NCBI GenBank assembly: GCA_002189035.1
Contig: NEEC01000197.1
Span: 1 to 64,000 of the forward strand
Length of the DNA: 64,000 bases
DNA from: Utricularia gibba
Taxonomy: Eukaryota; Plantae; Magnoliophyta
Direction: 5' to 3'
Part shown: one piece after another, positions 1 to 13,400 of the stretch
How the letters are laid out: every line of letters starts with the position of its first letter
Position numbering within the stretch: position 1 is the first letter of the stretch
The notes under the pieces: generated by a model
Database searches by the model: none
Told to the model about the DNA's origin: nothing
Seen by the model: the letters and a program-made list of their open reading frames with translations, nothing else
Made by a program: the position numbers and the translations under genes

Positions 1-3000
1 ATCGGGTCGCACTCGACGAAAATCGTAACGCATTTGATGTAGTTAGGATGTCATGAGAACCCCAATGGGTTTTCTCAACACTCTGCTATATATTTGAGAA
101 GGCGCCCTCGGAGGGTTTCGGGATTGGGCCAGAGGTCGGGTCGGGCTCAGGCCAATAGTCAGTTGTAGCCCGGAAAATAAGTGATGCATTTATCAACGAT
201 GGGTTTTCGGCGGCTGCCTAAATGGTTTTTCAAGCAACAGCTTGCCGTTTTAAGGTGGGTGCTGTAGTTGGGAGCTTTGTCAGGGCCCGAGATTCGGTCT
301 GGCTACTAAGCCCAATCGGGTCGTACTCGACGAAATCGTAATGCATTTGCTTTAGTTAGGATGTCATGAGAACCCCAATGGGTTTTCTCAACACTCTGCT
401 ATATATTTGAGAAGGCGCTCTCGGAGGGTTTCGGGATTGGGCCAGGTCGGGTCGGGCTCAGGCCAATAGTCAGTTGTAGCCCGGAAAATAAGTGATGCAT
501 TTATCAACGATGGGTTTTCGGCGGCTGCCTAAATGGTTTTTCAAGCAATAGCTTGCCGTTTAAGGCGGGTGCTGTCGTTGGCAGCTTTGTTAGGGCCCAA
601 GGTTCGGTCTGGCTCCTGAGCCCAATCGGGTGCTACTCGATGAAAATCGTGATGCATTTTGCTGAAGTTAGGATGTCATGAGCACCCCAAATGGTTTTCT
701 CAACAACCTGATTTATATTTGGGAGGCGCTCTAGGCGGCACCAGTATCGAGCAAATGGTCGAGTCGCGCTCTGGCCCATAGTCATTTGTAGCCCGGCCAA
801 AAAAAGTGATGCATTTATTAACGTTGGGTTGTCGGCGGCTGCCACATGGTTTTTCAAGCAAACAGCTTGCCATTTAAAGGCGGGTGCTGTCGTTGGGAGC
901 TTTGTCCGGCCCGAGATTCGGTCTGGCTACTAAGCCCAATCGGGTCGCACTCGACGAAAATCGTAACGCATTTGCTGTAGTTAGGATGTCATGAGAACCC
1001 CAATGGGTTTTCTCAACACTCTACTTTATATTTCAGAAGGCGCTCTTGGGGGTTTCGGGATTGGGCCAGAGGTCGGGTCGGGCTCAGGCCATAGTCAGTT
1101 GTAGCCCGGAAAATAAGTGATGCATTTATCAACGTTGGGTTTCGGCGGCTGCCTAAATGGTTTTTCAAGCAACAGCTTGCCGTTTTAAGGTGGGTGCTGT
1201 AGTTGGGAGCTTTGTCAGGGCCCGAGATTCGGTCTGGCTACTAAGCCCAATCGGGTCGTACTCGACGAAATCGTAATGCATTTGCTTTAGTTAGGATGTC
1301 ATGAGAACCCCAATGGGTTTTCTCAACACTGCTATATATTTGAGAAGGCGCTCTCGGAGGGTTTCGGGATTGGGCCAGAGGTCGGGTCGGGCTCAGGCCA
1401 ATAGTCAGTTGTAGCCCGGAAAATAAGTGATGCATTTATCAACGATGGGTTTTCGGCGGCTGCCTAAATGGTTTTTCAAGCAACAGCTTGCCGTTTTAAG
1501 TGGGTGCTGTAGTTGGGAGCTTTGTCAGGGCCCGAGATTCGGTCTGGCTACTAAGCCCAATCGGGTCGTACTCGACGAAATCGTAATGCATTTGCTTTAG
1601 TTAGGATGTCATGAGAACCCCAATGGGTTTTCTCAACACTCTACTTATATTTCAGAAGGCGCTCTTGGGGGGTTTCGGATTGGGCCAGAGGTCGGGTCGG
1701 GCTATGGCCCATAGTCAGTTGTAGCCCGGAAAATAAGTGATGCATTTATCAACGTTGGGTTTTCGGCGGCTGCCTGAATGGTTTTTCAAGCAATAGCTTG
1801 CCATTTTAAGGCGGGTGCTGTCGTTGGCAGCTTTGTAAGGGCCCAAGGTTCGGTCTGGCTCCTGAGCCCAATCGGGTGCTACTCGATGAAAATCGTGATG
1901 CTTTTTGAAGTTAGGATGTCATGAGCACCCCAAATGGTTTTCTCAACAACCTGATTTATATTTGAGGAGGCGCTCTAGGCTGGCACTAGTATCGAGCAAA
2001 TGGTCGAGTCGCGCTCTGGCCCATAGTCATTTGTAGCCCGGCCAAAAAAGTGATGCATTTATTAACGTTGGGTTTTCGGCGGCTGCCTACATGCTTTTTT
2101 CGAGGAAAAGTTGTCGTTTTTTTGCGGGTGCTGTTGTTGGGAACTTCGTCCGGACCCAAGGTTCGGTCTGACTTCACAGCACAATCCGATCCCATTCGAC
2201 GAAAATCGTGACACCTTTATTGAAGTTAGGATCTCATGACCACCCCAAATGGTTTTTTCAACAGCATGCTTTACACTTGACAAGGCGCTTTTGTGGGTCA
2301 CCGAGATCGGGCCGGATTCGGTCGGCTTGAGCCCAAAGTCAGCTGTAGCCCGGCAAAAGAAGTGATGCATTTATTAACGTTGGGTTGTCGGCGGCTGCCC
2401 ACATGGTTTTTCAAGCAACAGCTTGCCATTTAAAGGCGGGTGCTGTCGTTGGGAGCTTTGTCCGGCCCGAGATTCGGTCTGGCTACTAAGCCCAATCGGG
2501 TCGCACTCGACGAAAATCGTAACGCATTTGATGTAGTTAGGATGTCATGAGAACCCCAATGGGTTTTCTCAACACTCTGCTATATATTTGAGAAGGCGCC
2601 CTCGGAGGGTTTCGGGATTGGGCCAGAGGTCGGGTCGGGCTCAGGCCAATAGTCAGTTGTAGCCCGGAAAATAAGTGATGCATTTATCAACGATGGGTTT
2701 TCGGCGGCTGCCTAAATGGTTTTTCAAGCAACAGCTTGCCGTTTTAAGGTGGGTGCTGTAGTTGGGAGCTTTGTCAGGGCCCGAGATTCGGTCTGGCTAC
2801 TAAGCCCAATCGGGTCGTACTCGACGAAATCGTAATGCATTTGCTTTAGTTAGGATGTCATGAGAACCCCAATGGGTTTTCTCAACACTCTTATATATTT
2901 GAGAAGGCGCTCTCGGGGGTTTCGGGATTGGGCCAGAGGTCGGGTCGGGCTCAGGCCATAGTCAGTTGTAGCCCGGAAAATAAGTGATGCATTTATCAAC

Positions 3001-6000
3001 GTTGGGTTTTCGGCGGCTGCCTAAATGGTTTTTCAAGCAATAGCTTGCCGTTTTAAGGCGGTGCTGTCGTTGGCAGCTTTGTTAGGGCCCAAGGTTCGGT
3101 CTGGCTCCTGAGCCCAATCGGGTGCTACTCGATGAAAATCGTGATGCATTTGCTGAAGTTAGGATGTCATGAGCACCCCAAATGGTTTTCTCAACAACCT
3201 GATTTATATTTGAGGAGGCGCTCTAGGCGGGCACAGTATCGAGCAAATGGTCGAGTCGCGCTCTGGCCCATAGTCATTTGTAGCCCGGCCAAAGAAGTGA
3301 TATTAACGTTGGGTTTTCGGTGGCTGCCTACATGCTTTTTGAAGGAAAAGTTGTCGTTTTTTGGCGGGTGCTGTTGTTGGGAACTTTTGGACCCAAGGTT
3401 GGTCTGACTTCACAGCACAATCCGATCCCATTCGACGAAAATCGTGACACCTTTATTGAAGTTAGGATCTCATGACCACCCCAAATGGTTTTTTCAACAG
3501 CATGCTTTACACTTGACAAGGCGCTTTTGTGGGTCACCGAGATCGGGCCGGATTCGGGTCGGCTTGAGCCCAAAGTCAGCTGTAGCCCGGCAAAAGAAGT
3601 GATGCATTTATTAACGTTGGGTTGTCGGCGGCTGCCCACATGGTTTTTCAAGCAACAGCTTGCCATTTAAAGGCGGGTGCTGTCGTGGGAGCTTTGTCCG
3701 GCCCGAGATTCGGTCTGGCTACTAAGCCCAATCGGGTCGCACTCGACGAAAATCGTAACGCATTTGATGTAGTTAGGATGTCATGAGAACCCCAATGGGT
3801 TTTCTCAACACTCTGCTATATATTTGAGAAGGCGCCCTCGGGGGTTTCGGGATTGGGCCAGAGGTCGGGTCGGGCTCAGGCCATAGTCAGTTGTGGCCCG
3901 GAAAATAAGTGATGCATTTATCAACGATGGGTTTTCGGCGGCTGCCTAAATGGTTTTTCAAGCAACAGCTTGCCGTTTTAAGGTGGTGCTGTAGTTGGGA
4001 GCTTTGTCAGGGCCCGAGATTCGGTCTGGCTACTAAGCCCAATCGGGTCGTACTCGACGAAATCGTAATGCATTTGCTTTAGTTAGGATGTCATGAGAAC
4101 CCCAATGGGTTTTCTCAACACTCTACTTTATATTTCAGAAGGCGCTCTTGGGGGTTTCGGGATTGGGCCAGAGGTCGGGTCGGGCTATGGCCCATAGTCA
4201 GTTGTAGCCCGGAAAATAAGTGATGCATTTATCAACGTTGGGTTTTCGGCGGCTGCCTGAATGGTTTTTCAAGCAATAGCTTGCCATTTTAAGGCGGGTG
4301 CTGTCGTTGGCAGCTTTGTAAGGGCCCAAGGTTCGGTCTGGCTCCTGAGCCCAATCGGGTGCTACTCGATGAAAATCGTGATGCATTTTTTGAAGTTAGG
4401 ATGTCATGAGCACCCCAAATGGTTTTCTCAACAACCTGATTTATATTTGAGGAGGCGCTCTAGGCTGGCACAGTATCGAGCAAATGGTCGAGTCGCGCTC
4501 TGGCCCATAGTCATTTGTAGCCCGGCCAAAAAGTGATGCATTTATTAACGTTGGGTTTTCGGCGGCTGCCTACATGCTTTTTGAAGGAAAAGTTGTCGTT
4601 TTTTGCGGGTGCTGTTGTTGGGAACTTTGTGAGGACCCAAGGTTTGGTCTGACTTCACAGCACAATCCGATCCCATTCGACGAAAATCGTGACACCTTTA
4701 TTGAAGTTAGGATCTCATGACCACCCCAAATGGTTTTTTCAACAGCATGCTTTACACTTGACAAGGCGCTTTTGTGGGTCACCGAGATCGGGCCGGATTC
4801 GGGTCGGGCTTGAGCCCAAAGTCAGCTGTAGCCCGGCAAAAGAAGTGATGCATTTATTAACGTTGGGTTGTCGGCGGCTGCCCACATGGTTTTTCAAGCA
4901 ACAGCTTGCCATTTAAAGGCGGGTGCTGTCGTTGGAGCTTTGTCCGGCCCGAGATTCGGTCTGGCTACTAAGCCCAATCGGGTCGCACTCGACGAAAATC
5001 GTAACGCATTTGATGTAGTTAGGATGTCATGAGAACCCCAATGGGTTTTCTCAACACTCTGCTATATATTTGAGAAGGCGCCTCGGGGGTTTCGGGATTG
5101 GGCCAGAGGTCGGGTCGGGCTCAGGCCCATAGTCAGTTGTAGCCCGGAAAATAAGTGATGCATTTATCAACGATGGGTTTTCGGCGGCTGCCTAAATGGT
5201 TTTTCAAGCAACAGCTTGCCGTTTTAAGGTGGGTGCTGTAGTTGGGAGCTTTGTCAGGGCCCGAGATTCGGTCTGGCTACTAAGCCCAATCGGGTCGTAC
5301 TCGACGAAATCGTAATGCATTTGCTTTAGTTAGGATGTCATGAGAACCCCAATGGGTTTTCTCAACACTCTACTTTATATTTTCAGAAGGCGCTCTTGGG
5401 GGTTTCGGGATTGGGCCAGAGGTCGGGTCGGGCTAGGCCCATAGTCAGTTGTAGCCGGAAAATAAGTGATGCATTTATCAACGTTGGGTTTTCGGCGGCT
5501 GCCTAAATGGTTTTTCAAGCAATAGCTTGCCATTTTAAGGCGGGTGCTGTCGTTGGCAGCTTTGTTAGGGCCCAAGGTTCGGTCTGGCTCCTGAGCCCAA
5601 TCGGGTGCTACTCGATGAAAATCGTGATGCATTTTTTGAAGTTAGGATGTCATGAGCACCCCAAATGGTTTTCTCAACAACCTGATTTATATTTGAGGAG
5701 GCGCTCTAGGCTGGCACCAGTATCGAGCAAATGGTCGAGTCGCGCTCTGGCCCATAGTCATTTGTAGCCCGGCCAAAAAGTGATGCATTTATTAACGTTG
5801 GGTTTTCGGTGGCTGCCTACATGCTTTTTGAGGAAAAGTTGTCGTTTTTTTGCGGGTGCTGTTGTTGGGAACGACCCAAGGTTTGGTCTGACTTCACAGC
5901 ACAATCCGATCCCATTCGACGAAAATCGTGACACCTTTATTGAAGTTAGGATCTCATGACCACCCCAAATGGTTTTTTCAACAGCATGCTTTACACTTGA

Positions 6001-9000
6001 CAAGGCGCTTTTGTGGGTCACCGAGATCGGGCCGGATTCGGGTCGGCTTGAGCCCAAAGTCAGCTGTAGCCCGGCAAAAGAAGTGATGCATTTATTAACG
6101 TTGGGTTGTCGGCGGCTGCCCACATGGTTTTTCAAGCAACAGCTTGCCATTTAAAGGCGGGTGCTGTCGTTGGGAGCTTTGTCCGGCCCGAGATTCGGTC
6201 TGGCTACTAAGCCCAATCGGGTCGCACTCGACGAAAATCGTAACGCATTTGATGTAGTTAGGATGTCATGAGAACCCCAATGGGTTTTCTCAACACTCTG
6301 CTATATATTTGAGAAGGCGCCCTCGGAGGGTTTCGGATTGGGCCAGAGGTCGGGTCGGGCTCAGGCCCATAGTCAGTTGTGGCCCGGAAAATAAGTGATG
6401 CATTTATCAACGTTGGGTTTTCGGCGGCTGCCTAAATGGTTTTTCAAGCAACAGCTTGCCGTTTTAAGGTGGGTGCTGTAGTTGGGAGCTTTGTCAGGGC
6501 CCGAGATTCGGTCTGGCTACTAAGCCCAATCGGGTCGTACTCGACGAAATCGTAATGCATTTGCTTTAGTTAGGATGTCATGAGAACCCCAATGGGTTTT
6601 CTCAACACTCTACTTTATATTTCAGAAGGCGCTCTTGGGGGGTTTCGGGATTGGGCCAGAGGTCGGGTCGGGCTATGGCCCATAGTCAGTTGTAGCCCGG
6701 AAAATAAGTGATGCATTTATCAACGTTGGGTTTTCGGCGGCTGCCTGAATGGTTTTTCAAGCAATAGCTTGCCATTTTAAGGCGGGTGCTGTCGTTGGCA
6801 GCTTTGTAAGGGCCCAAGGTTCGGTCTGGCTCCTGAGCCCAATCGGGTGCTACTCGATGAAAATCGTGATGCATTTTTTGAAGTTAGGATGTCATGAGCA
6901 CCCCAAATGGTTTTCTCAACAACCTGATTTATATTTGAGGAGGCGCTCTAGGCTGGCACTAGTATCGAGCAAATGGTCGAGTCGCGCTCTGGCCCATAGT
7001 CATTTGTAGCCCGGCCAAAAAAGTGATGCATTTATTAACGTTGGGTTTTCGGCGGCTGCCTACATGCTTTTTCGAGGAAAAGTTGTCGTTTTTTTGCGGG
7101 TGCTGTTGTTGGGAACTTCGTCCGGACCCAAGGTTCGGTCTGACTTCACAGCACAATCGATCCCATTCGACGAAAATCGTGACACCTTTATTGAAGTTAG
7201 GATCTCATGACCACCCCAAATGGTTTTTTCAACAGCATGCTTTACACTTGACAAGGCGCTTTTGTGGGTCACCGAGATCGGGCCGGATTCGGGTCGGTTG
7301 AGCCCAAAGTCAGCTGTAGCCCGGCAAAAGAAGTGATGCATTTATTAACGTTGGGTTGTCGGCGGCTGCCCACATGGTTTTTCAAGCAACAGCTTGCCAT
7401 TTAAAGGCGGGTGCTGTCGTTGGGAGCTTTGTCCGGCCCGAGATTCGGTCTGGCTACTAAGCCCAATCGGGTCGCACTCGACGAAAATCGTAACGCATTT
7501 GATGTAGTTAGGATGTCATGAGAACCCCAATGGGTTTTCTCAACACTCTGCTATATATTTGAGAAGGCGCCCTCGGAGGGTTTCGGGATTGGGCCAGAGG
7601 TCGGGTCGGGCTCAGGCCAATAGTCAGTTGTAGCCCGGAAAATAAGTGATGCATTTATCAACGATGGGTTTTCGGCGGCTGCCTAAATGGTTTTTCAAGC
7701 AACAGCTTGCCGTTTTAAGGTGGGTGCTGTAGTTGGGAGCTTTGTCAGGGCCCGAGATTCGGTCTGGCTACTAAGCCCAATCGGGTCGTACTCGACGAAA
7801 TCGTAATGCATTTGCTTTAGTTAGGATGTCATGAGAACCCCAATGGGTTTTCTCAACACTCTGCTTATATTTGAGAAGGCGCTAGGGTTTCGGGATTGGG
7901 CCAGAGGTCGGGTCGGGCTCAGGCCATAGTCAGTTGTAGCCCGGAAAATAAGTGATGCATTTATCAACGTTGGGTTTTCGGCGGCTGCCTAAATGGTTTT
8001 TCAAGCAATAGCTTGCCGTTTTAAGGCGGTGCTGTCGTTGGCAGCTTGTTAGGGCCCAAGGTTCGGTCTGGCTCTGAGCCCAATCGGGTGCTACTCGATG
8101 AAAATCGTGATGCATTTGCTGAAGTTAGGATGTCATGAGCACCCCAAATGGTTTTCTCAACAACCTGATTTATATTTGAGGAGGCGCTCTAGGCGGGCAC
8201 CAGTATCGAGCAAATGGTCGAGTCGCGCTCTGGCCCATAGTCATTTGTAGCCCGGCCAAAGAAGTGATGCATTTATTAACGTTGGGTTTTCGGTGGCTGC
8301 CTACATGCTTTTTGAAGAAAAGTTGTCGTTTTTTGGCGGGTGCTGTTGTTGGGAACTTTGTCCGGACCCAAGGTTCGGTCTGACTTCACAGCACAATCGT
8401 CCCATTCGACGAAAATCGTGATACCTTTATTGAAGTTAGGATCTCATGACCACCCCAAATGGTTTTTTCAACAGCATGCTTTACACTTGACAAGGCGCTT
8501 TTGTGGGTCACCGAGATCGGGCCGGATTCGGGTCGGGCTTGAGCCCATAGTCAGCTGTAGCCCGGCAAAAAGTGATGCATTTATTAACGTTGGGTTGTCG
8601 GCGGCTGCCCACATGGTTTTTCAAGCAACAGCTTGCCATTTAAGGCGGGTGCTGTCGTTGGGAGCTTTGTCCGGCCCGAGATTCGGTCTGGCTACTAAGC
8701 CCAATCGGGTCGCACTCGACGAAAATCGTAATGCATTTGTTGTAGTTAGGATGTCATGAGAACCCCAATGGTTTTCTCAACACTCTGCTATATATTTGAG
8801 AAGGCGCTCTTGGGGGTTTCGGGATTGGGCCAGAGGTCGGGTCGGGCTCAGGCCATAGTCAGTTGTAGCCCGGAAAATAAGTGATGCATTTATCAACGTT
8901 GGGTTTCGGCGGCTGCCTAAATGGTTTTTCAAGCAACAGCTTGCCGTTTTAAGGTGGGTGTGTTGGGAGCTTTGTCAGGGCCCGAGATTCGGTCTGGCTA

Positions 9001-10411
9001 CTAAGCCCAATCGGGTCGTACTCGACGAAATCGTATGCATTGCTTTAGTTAGGATGTCATGAGAACCCCAAATGGTTTTCTCAACAACCTGATTTATATT
9101 TGAGGAGGCGCTCTAGGCGGCTCCAGTATCGAGCAAATGGTCGAGTCGCGCTCTGGCCCATAGTCATTTGTAGCCCGGCCAAAAAGTGATGCATTTATTA
9201 ACGTTGGGTTTTCGGTGGCTGCCTACATGCTTTTTGAAGGAAAAGTTGTCGTTTTTTGGCGGGTGCTGTTGTTGGGAACTTTGTGAGGACCCAAGGTTTG
9301 GTCTGACTTCACAGCACAATCTGTTCCCATTCGACGAAAATCGTGATACCTTTATTGAAGTTAGGATCTCATGACCACCCCAAATGGTTTTTTCAACAGC
9401 ATGCTTTACACTTGACAAGGCGCTTTTGTGGGTCACCGAGATCGGGCCGGATTCGGGTCGGGCTTGAGCCCATAGTCAGCTGTAGCCCGGCAAAAGAAGT
9501 GATGCATTTATTAACGTTGGGTTGTCGGCGGCTGCCCACATGGTTTTTCAAGCAACAGCTTGCCATTTAAAGGCGGGTGCTGTCGTTGGGAGCTTTGTCC
9601 GGCCCGAGATTCGGTCTGGCTACTAAGCCCAATCGGGTCGCACTCGACGAAAATCGTAACGCATTTGATGTAGTTAGGATGTCATGAGAACCCCAATGGG
9701 TTTTCTCAACACTCTGCTATATATTTGAGAAGGCGCCCTCGGAGGGTTTCGGGATTGGGCCAGAGGTCGGGTCGGGCTCAGGCCAATAGTCAGTTGTAGC
9801 CCGGAAAATAAGTGATGCATTTATCAACGATGGGTTTTCGGCGGCTGCCTAAATGGTTTTTCAAGCAACAGCTTGCCGTTTTAAGGTGGGTGCTGTAGTT
9901 GGGAGCTTTGTCAGGGCCCGAGATTCGGTCTGGCTACTAAGCCCAATCGGGTCGTACTCGACGAAATCGTAATGCATTTGCTTTAGTTAGGATGTCATGA
10001 GAACCCCAATGGGTTTTCTCAACACTCTGCTATATATTTGAGAAGGCGCTCTCGGGGGGTTTCGGGATTGGGCCAGAGGTCGGGTCGGGCTCAGGCCATA
10101 GTCAGTTGTAGCCCGGAAAAAAGTGATGCATTTATCAACGATGGGTTTTCGGCGGCTGCCTAAATGGTTTTTCAAGCAATAGCTTGCCGTTTTAAGGCGG
10201 TGCTGTCGTTGGCAGCTTTGTAGGGCCCAAGGTTCGGTCTGGCTCCTGAGCCCAATCGGGTGCTACTCGATGAAAATCGTGATGCATTGCTGAAGTTAGG
10301 ATGTCATGAGCACCCCAAATGGTTTTCTCAACAACCTGATTTATATTTGAGGAGGCGCTCTAGGCGGGCACCAGTATCGAGCAAATGGTCGAGTCGCGCT
10401 CTGGCCCATAG
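1..10411. repeat. Mosaic HOR zone: mostly 4-mers with A/A' and B/B' variants, plus D*, C2 and D/A' hybrid monomers
   Basis: Monomer order read by eye: (C) D*159 A'470 C2 782 D*1095 D1405 A1715 B2027 C2339 D*2653 A'2962 B'3274 C3576 D3887 A4198 ... A5445 ... A6686 ... A'7930 B'8241 C8551 D/A'8859 B'9164 C9476 D*9790 A'10102. A' is marked by GCCGTTTT, TTGTTAGG, TTTGCTGAAG, GGCACCAGT; B' by CGGTGGCTGCC, TTGAAGGAAA. Confidence 0.8.
8241..9163. repeat. 3-monomer HOR variant (B'-C-D/A' fusion)
   Basis: B' starts at 8241 and 9164 (923 bp apart). The monomer at 8859 starts as D (GTCGTACTCGACGAAATC) and ends as A' (AACAACCTGATTTATATTTGAGGAGG). Confidence 0.75.
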
Positions 10412-13400
10412 TCATTTGTAGCCTGGCCAAAAAAGTGATGCATTTATTAACGTTGGGTTGTCGGCGGCTGCCCACATGGTTTTTCAAGCAACAGCTTGCC
10501 ATTTAAAGGCGGGTGCTGTCGTTGGGAGCTTTGTCCGGCCCGAGATTCGGTCTGGCTACTAAGCCCAATCGGGTCGCACTCGACGAAAATCGTAACGCAT
10601 TTGCTGTAGTTAGGATGTCATGAGAACCCCAATGGGTTTTCTCAACACTCTACTTTATATTTCAGAAGGCGCTCTTGGGGGGTTTCAGGATTGGGCCAGA
10701 GGTCGGGTCGGGCTCAGGCCATAGTCAGTTGTGGCCCGGAAAATAAGTGATGCATTTATCAACGTTGGGTTTTCGGCGGCTGCCTAAATGGTTTTTCAAG
10801 CAACAGCTTGCCGTTTTAAGGTGGGTGCTGTAGTTTGGAGCTTTGTCAGGGCCCGAGATTCGGTCTGGCTACTAAGCCCAATCGGGTCGTACTCGACGAA
10901 ATCGTAATGCATTTGCTTTAGTTAGGATGTCATGAGAACCCCAATGGGTTTTCTCAACACTCTACTTTATATTTCAGAAGGCGCTCTTGGGGGTTTCGGG
11001 ATTGGGCCAGAGGTCGGTCGGGCTATGGCCCATAGTCAGTTGTAGCCCGGAAAATAAGTGATGCATTTATCAACGTTGGGTTTTCGGCGGCTGCCTGAAT
11101 GGTTTTTCAAGCAATAGCTTGCCATTTTAAGGCGGTGCTGTCGTTGGCAGCTTTGTAAGGGCCCAAGGTTCGGTCTGGCTCCTGAGCCCAATCGGGTGCT
11201 ACTCGATGAAAATCGTGATGCATTTTTTGAAGTTAGGATGTCATGAGCACCCCAAATGGTTTTCTCAACAACCTGATTTATATTTGAGGAGGCGCTCTAG
11301 GCTGGCACTAGTATCGAGCAAATGGTCGAGTCGCGCTCTGGCCCATAGTCATTTGTAGCCCGGCCAAAAAAGTGATGCATTTATTAACGTTGGGTTTTCG
11401 GGCTGCCTACATGCTTTTTTCGAGGAAAAGTTGTCGTTTTTTGCGGGTGCTGTTGTTGGGAACTTCGTCCGGACCCAAGGTTCGGTCTGACTTCACAGCA
11501 CAATCCGATCCCATTCGACGAAAATCGTGACACCTTTATTGAAGTTAGGATCTCATGACCACCCCAAATGGTTTTTTCAACAGCATGCTTTACACTTGAC
11601 AAGGCGCTTTTGTGGGTCACCGAGATCGGGCCGGATTCGGGTCGGGCTTGAGCCCATAGTCAGCTGTAGCCCGGCAAAAGAAGTGATGCATTTATTAACG
11701 TTGGGTTGTCGGCGGCTGCCCACATGGTTTTTCAAGCAACAGCTTGCCATTTAAAGGCGGGTGCTGTCGTTGGGAGCTTTGTCCGGCCCGAGATTCGGTC
11801 TGGCTACTAAGCCCAATCGGGTCGCACTCGACGAAAATCGTAACGCATTTGATGTAGTTAGGATGTCATGAGAACCCCAATGGGTTTTCTCAACACTCTG
11901 CTATATATTTGAGAAGGCCCTCGGGGGTTTCGGGATTGGGCCAGAGGTCGGGTCGGGCTCAGGCCAATAGTCAGTTGTAGCCCGGAAAATAAGTGATGCA
12001 TTTATCAACGATGGGTTTTCGGCGGCTGCCTAAATGGTTTTTCAAGCAACAGCTTGCCGTTTTAAGGTGGGTGCTGTAGTTGGGAGCTTTGTCAGGGCCC
12101 GAGATTCGGTCTGGCTACTAAGCCCAATCGGGTCGTACTCGACGAAATCGTAATGCATTTGCTTTAGTTAGGATGTCATGAGAACCCCAATGGGTTTTCT
12201 CAACACTCTGCTATATATTTGAGAAGGCGCTCTCGGGGGTTTCGGGATTGGGCCAGAGGTCGGGTCGGGCTCAGGCCAATAGTCAGTTGTAGCCCGGAAA
12301 ATAAGTGATGCATTTATCAACGATGGGTTTTCGGCGGCTGCCTAAATGGTTTTTCAAGCAATAGCTTGCCGTTTTAAGGCGTGCTGTCGTTGGCAGCTTT
12401 GTTAGGGCCCAAGGTTCGGTCTGGCTCCTGAGCCCAATCGGGTGCTACTCGATGAAAATCGTGATGCATTTGCTGAAGTTAGGATGTCATGAGCACCCCA
12501 AATGGTTTTCTCAACAACCTGATTTATATTTGAGGAGGCGCTCTAGGCGGGCACCAGTATCGAGCAAATGGTCGAGTCGCGCTCTGGCCCATAGTCATTT
12601 GTAGCCTGGCCAAAAAAGTGATGCATTTATTAACGTTGGGTTGTCGGCGGCTGCCCACATGGTTTTTCAAGCAACAGCTTGCCATTTAAAGGCGGGTGCT
12701 GTCGTTGGGAGCTTTGTCCGGCCCGAGATTCGGTCTGGCTACTAAGCCCAATCGGTCGCACTCGACGAAAATCGTAACGCATTTGCTGTAGTTAGGATGT
12801 CATGAGAACCCCAATGGGTTTTCTCAACACTCTACTTTATATTTCAGAAGGCGCTCTTGGGGGTTTCAGGATTGGGCCAGAGGTCGGGTCGGGCTCAGGC
12901 CATAGTCAGTTGGGCCCGGAAAATAAGTGATGCATTTATCAACGTTGGGTTTTCGGCGGCTGCCTAAATGGTTTTTCAAGCAACAGCTTGCCGTTTTAAG
13001 GTGGGTGCTGTAGTTGGGAGCTTTGTCAGGGCCCGAGATTCGGTCTGGCTACTAAGCCCAATCGGGTCGTACTCGACGAAATCGTAATGCATTTGCTTTA
13101 TTTAGGATGTCATGAGAACCCCAATGGGTTTTCTCAACACTCTACTTATATTTCAGAAGGCGCTCTTGGGGGTTTCGGGATTGGGCCAGAGGTCGGGTCG
13201 GGCTATGGCCCATAGTCAGTTGTAGCCCGGAAAATAAGTGATGCATTTATCAACGTTGGGTTTTCGGCGGCTGCCTGAATGGTTTTTCAAGCAATAGCTT
13301 GCCATTTTAAGGCGGGTGCTGTCGTTGGCAGCTTTGTAAGGGCCCAAGGTTCGGTCTGGCTCCTGAGCCCAATCGGGTGCTACTCGATGAAAATCGTGAT

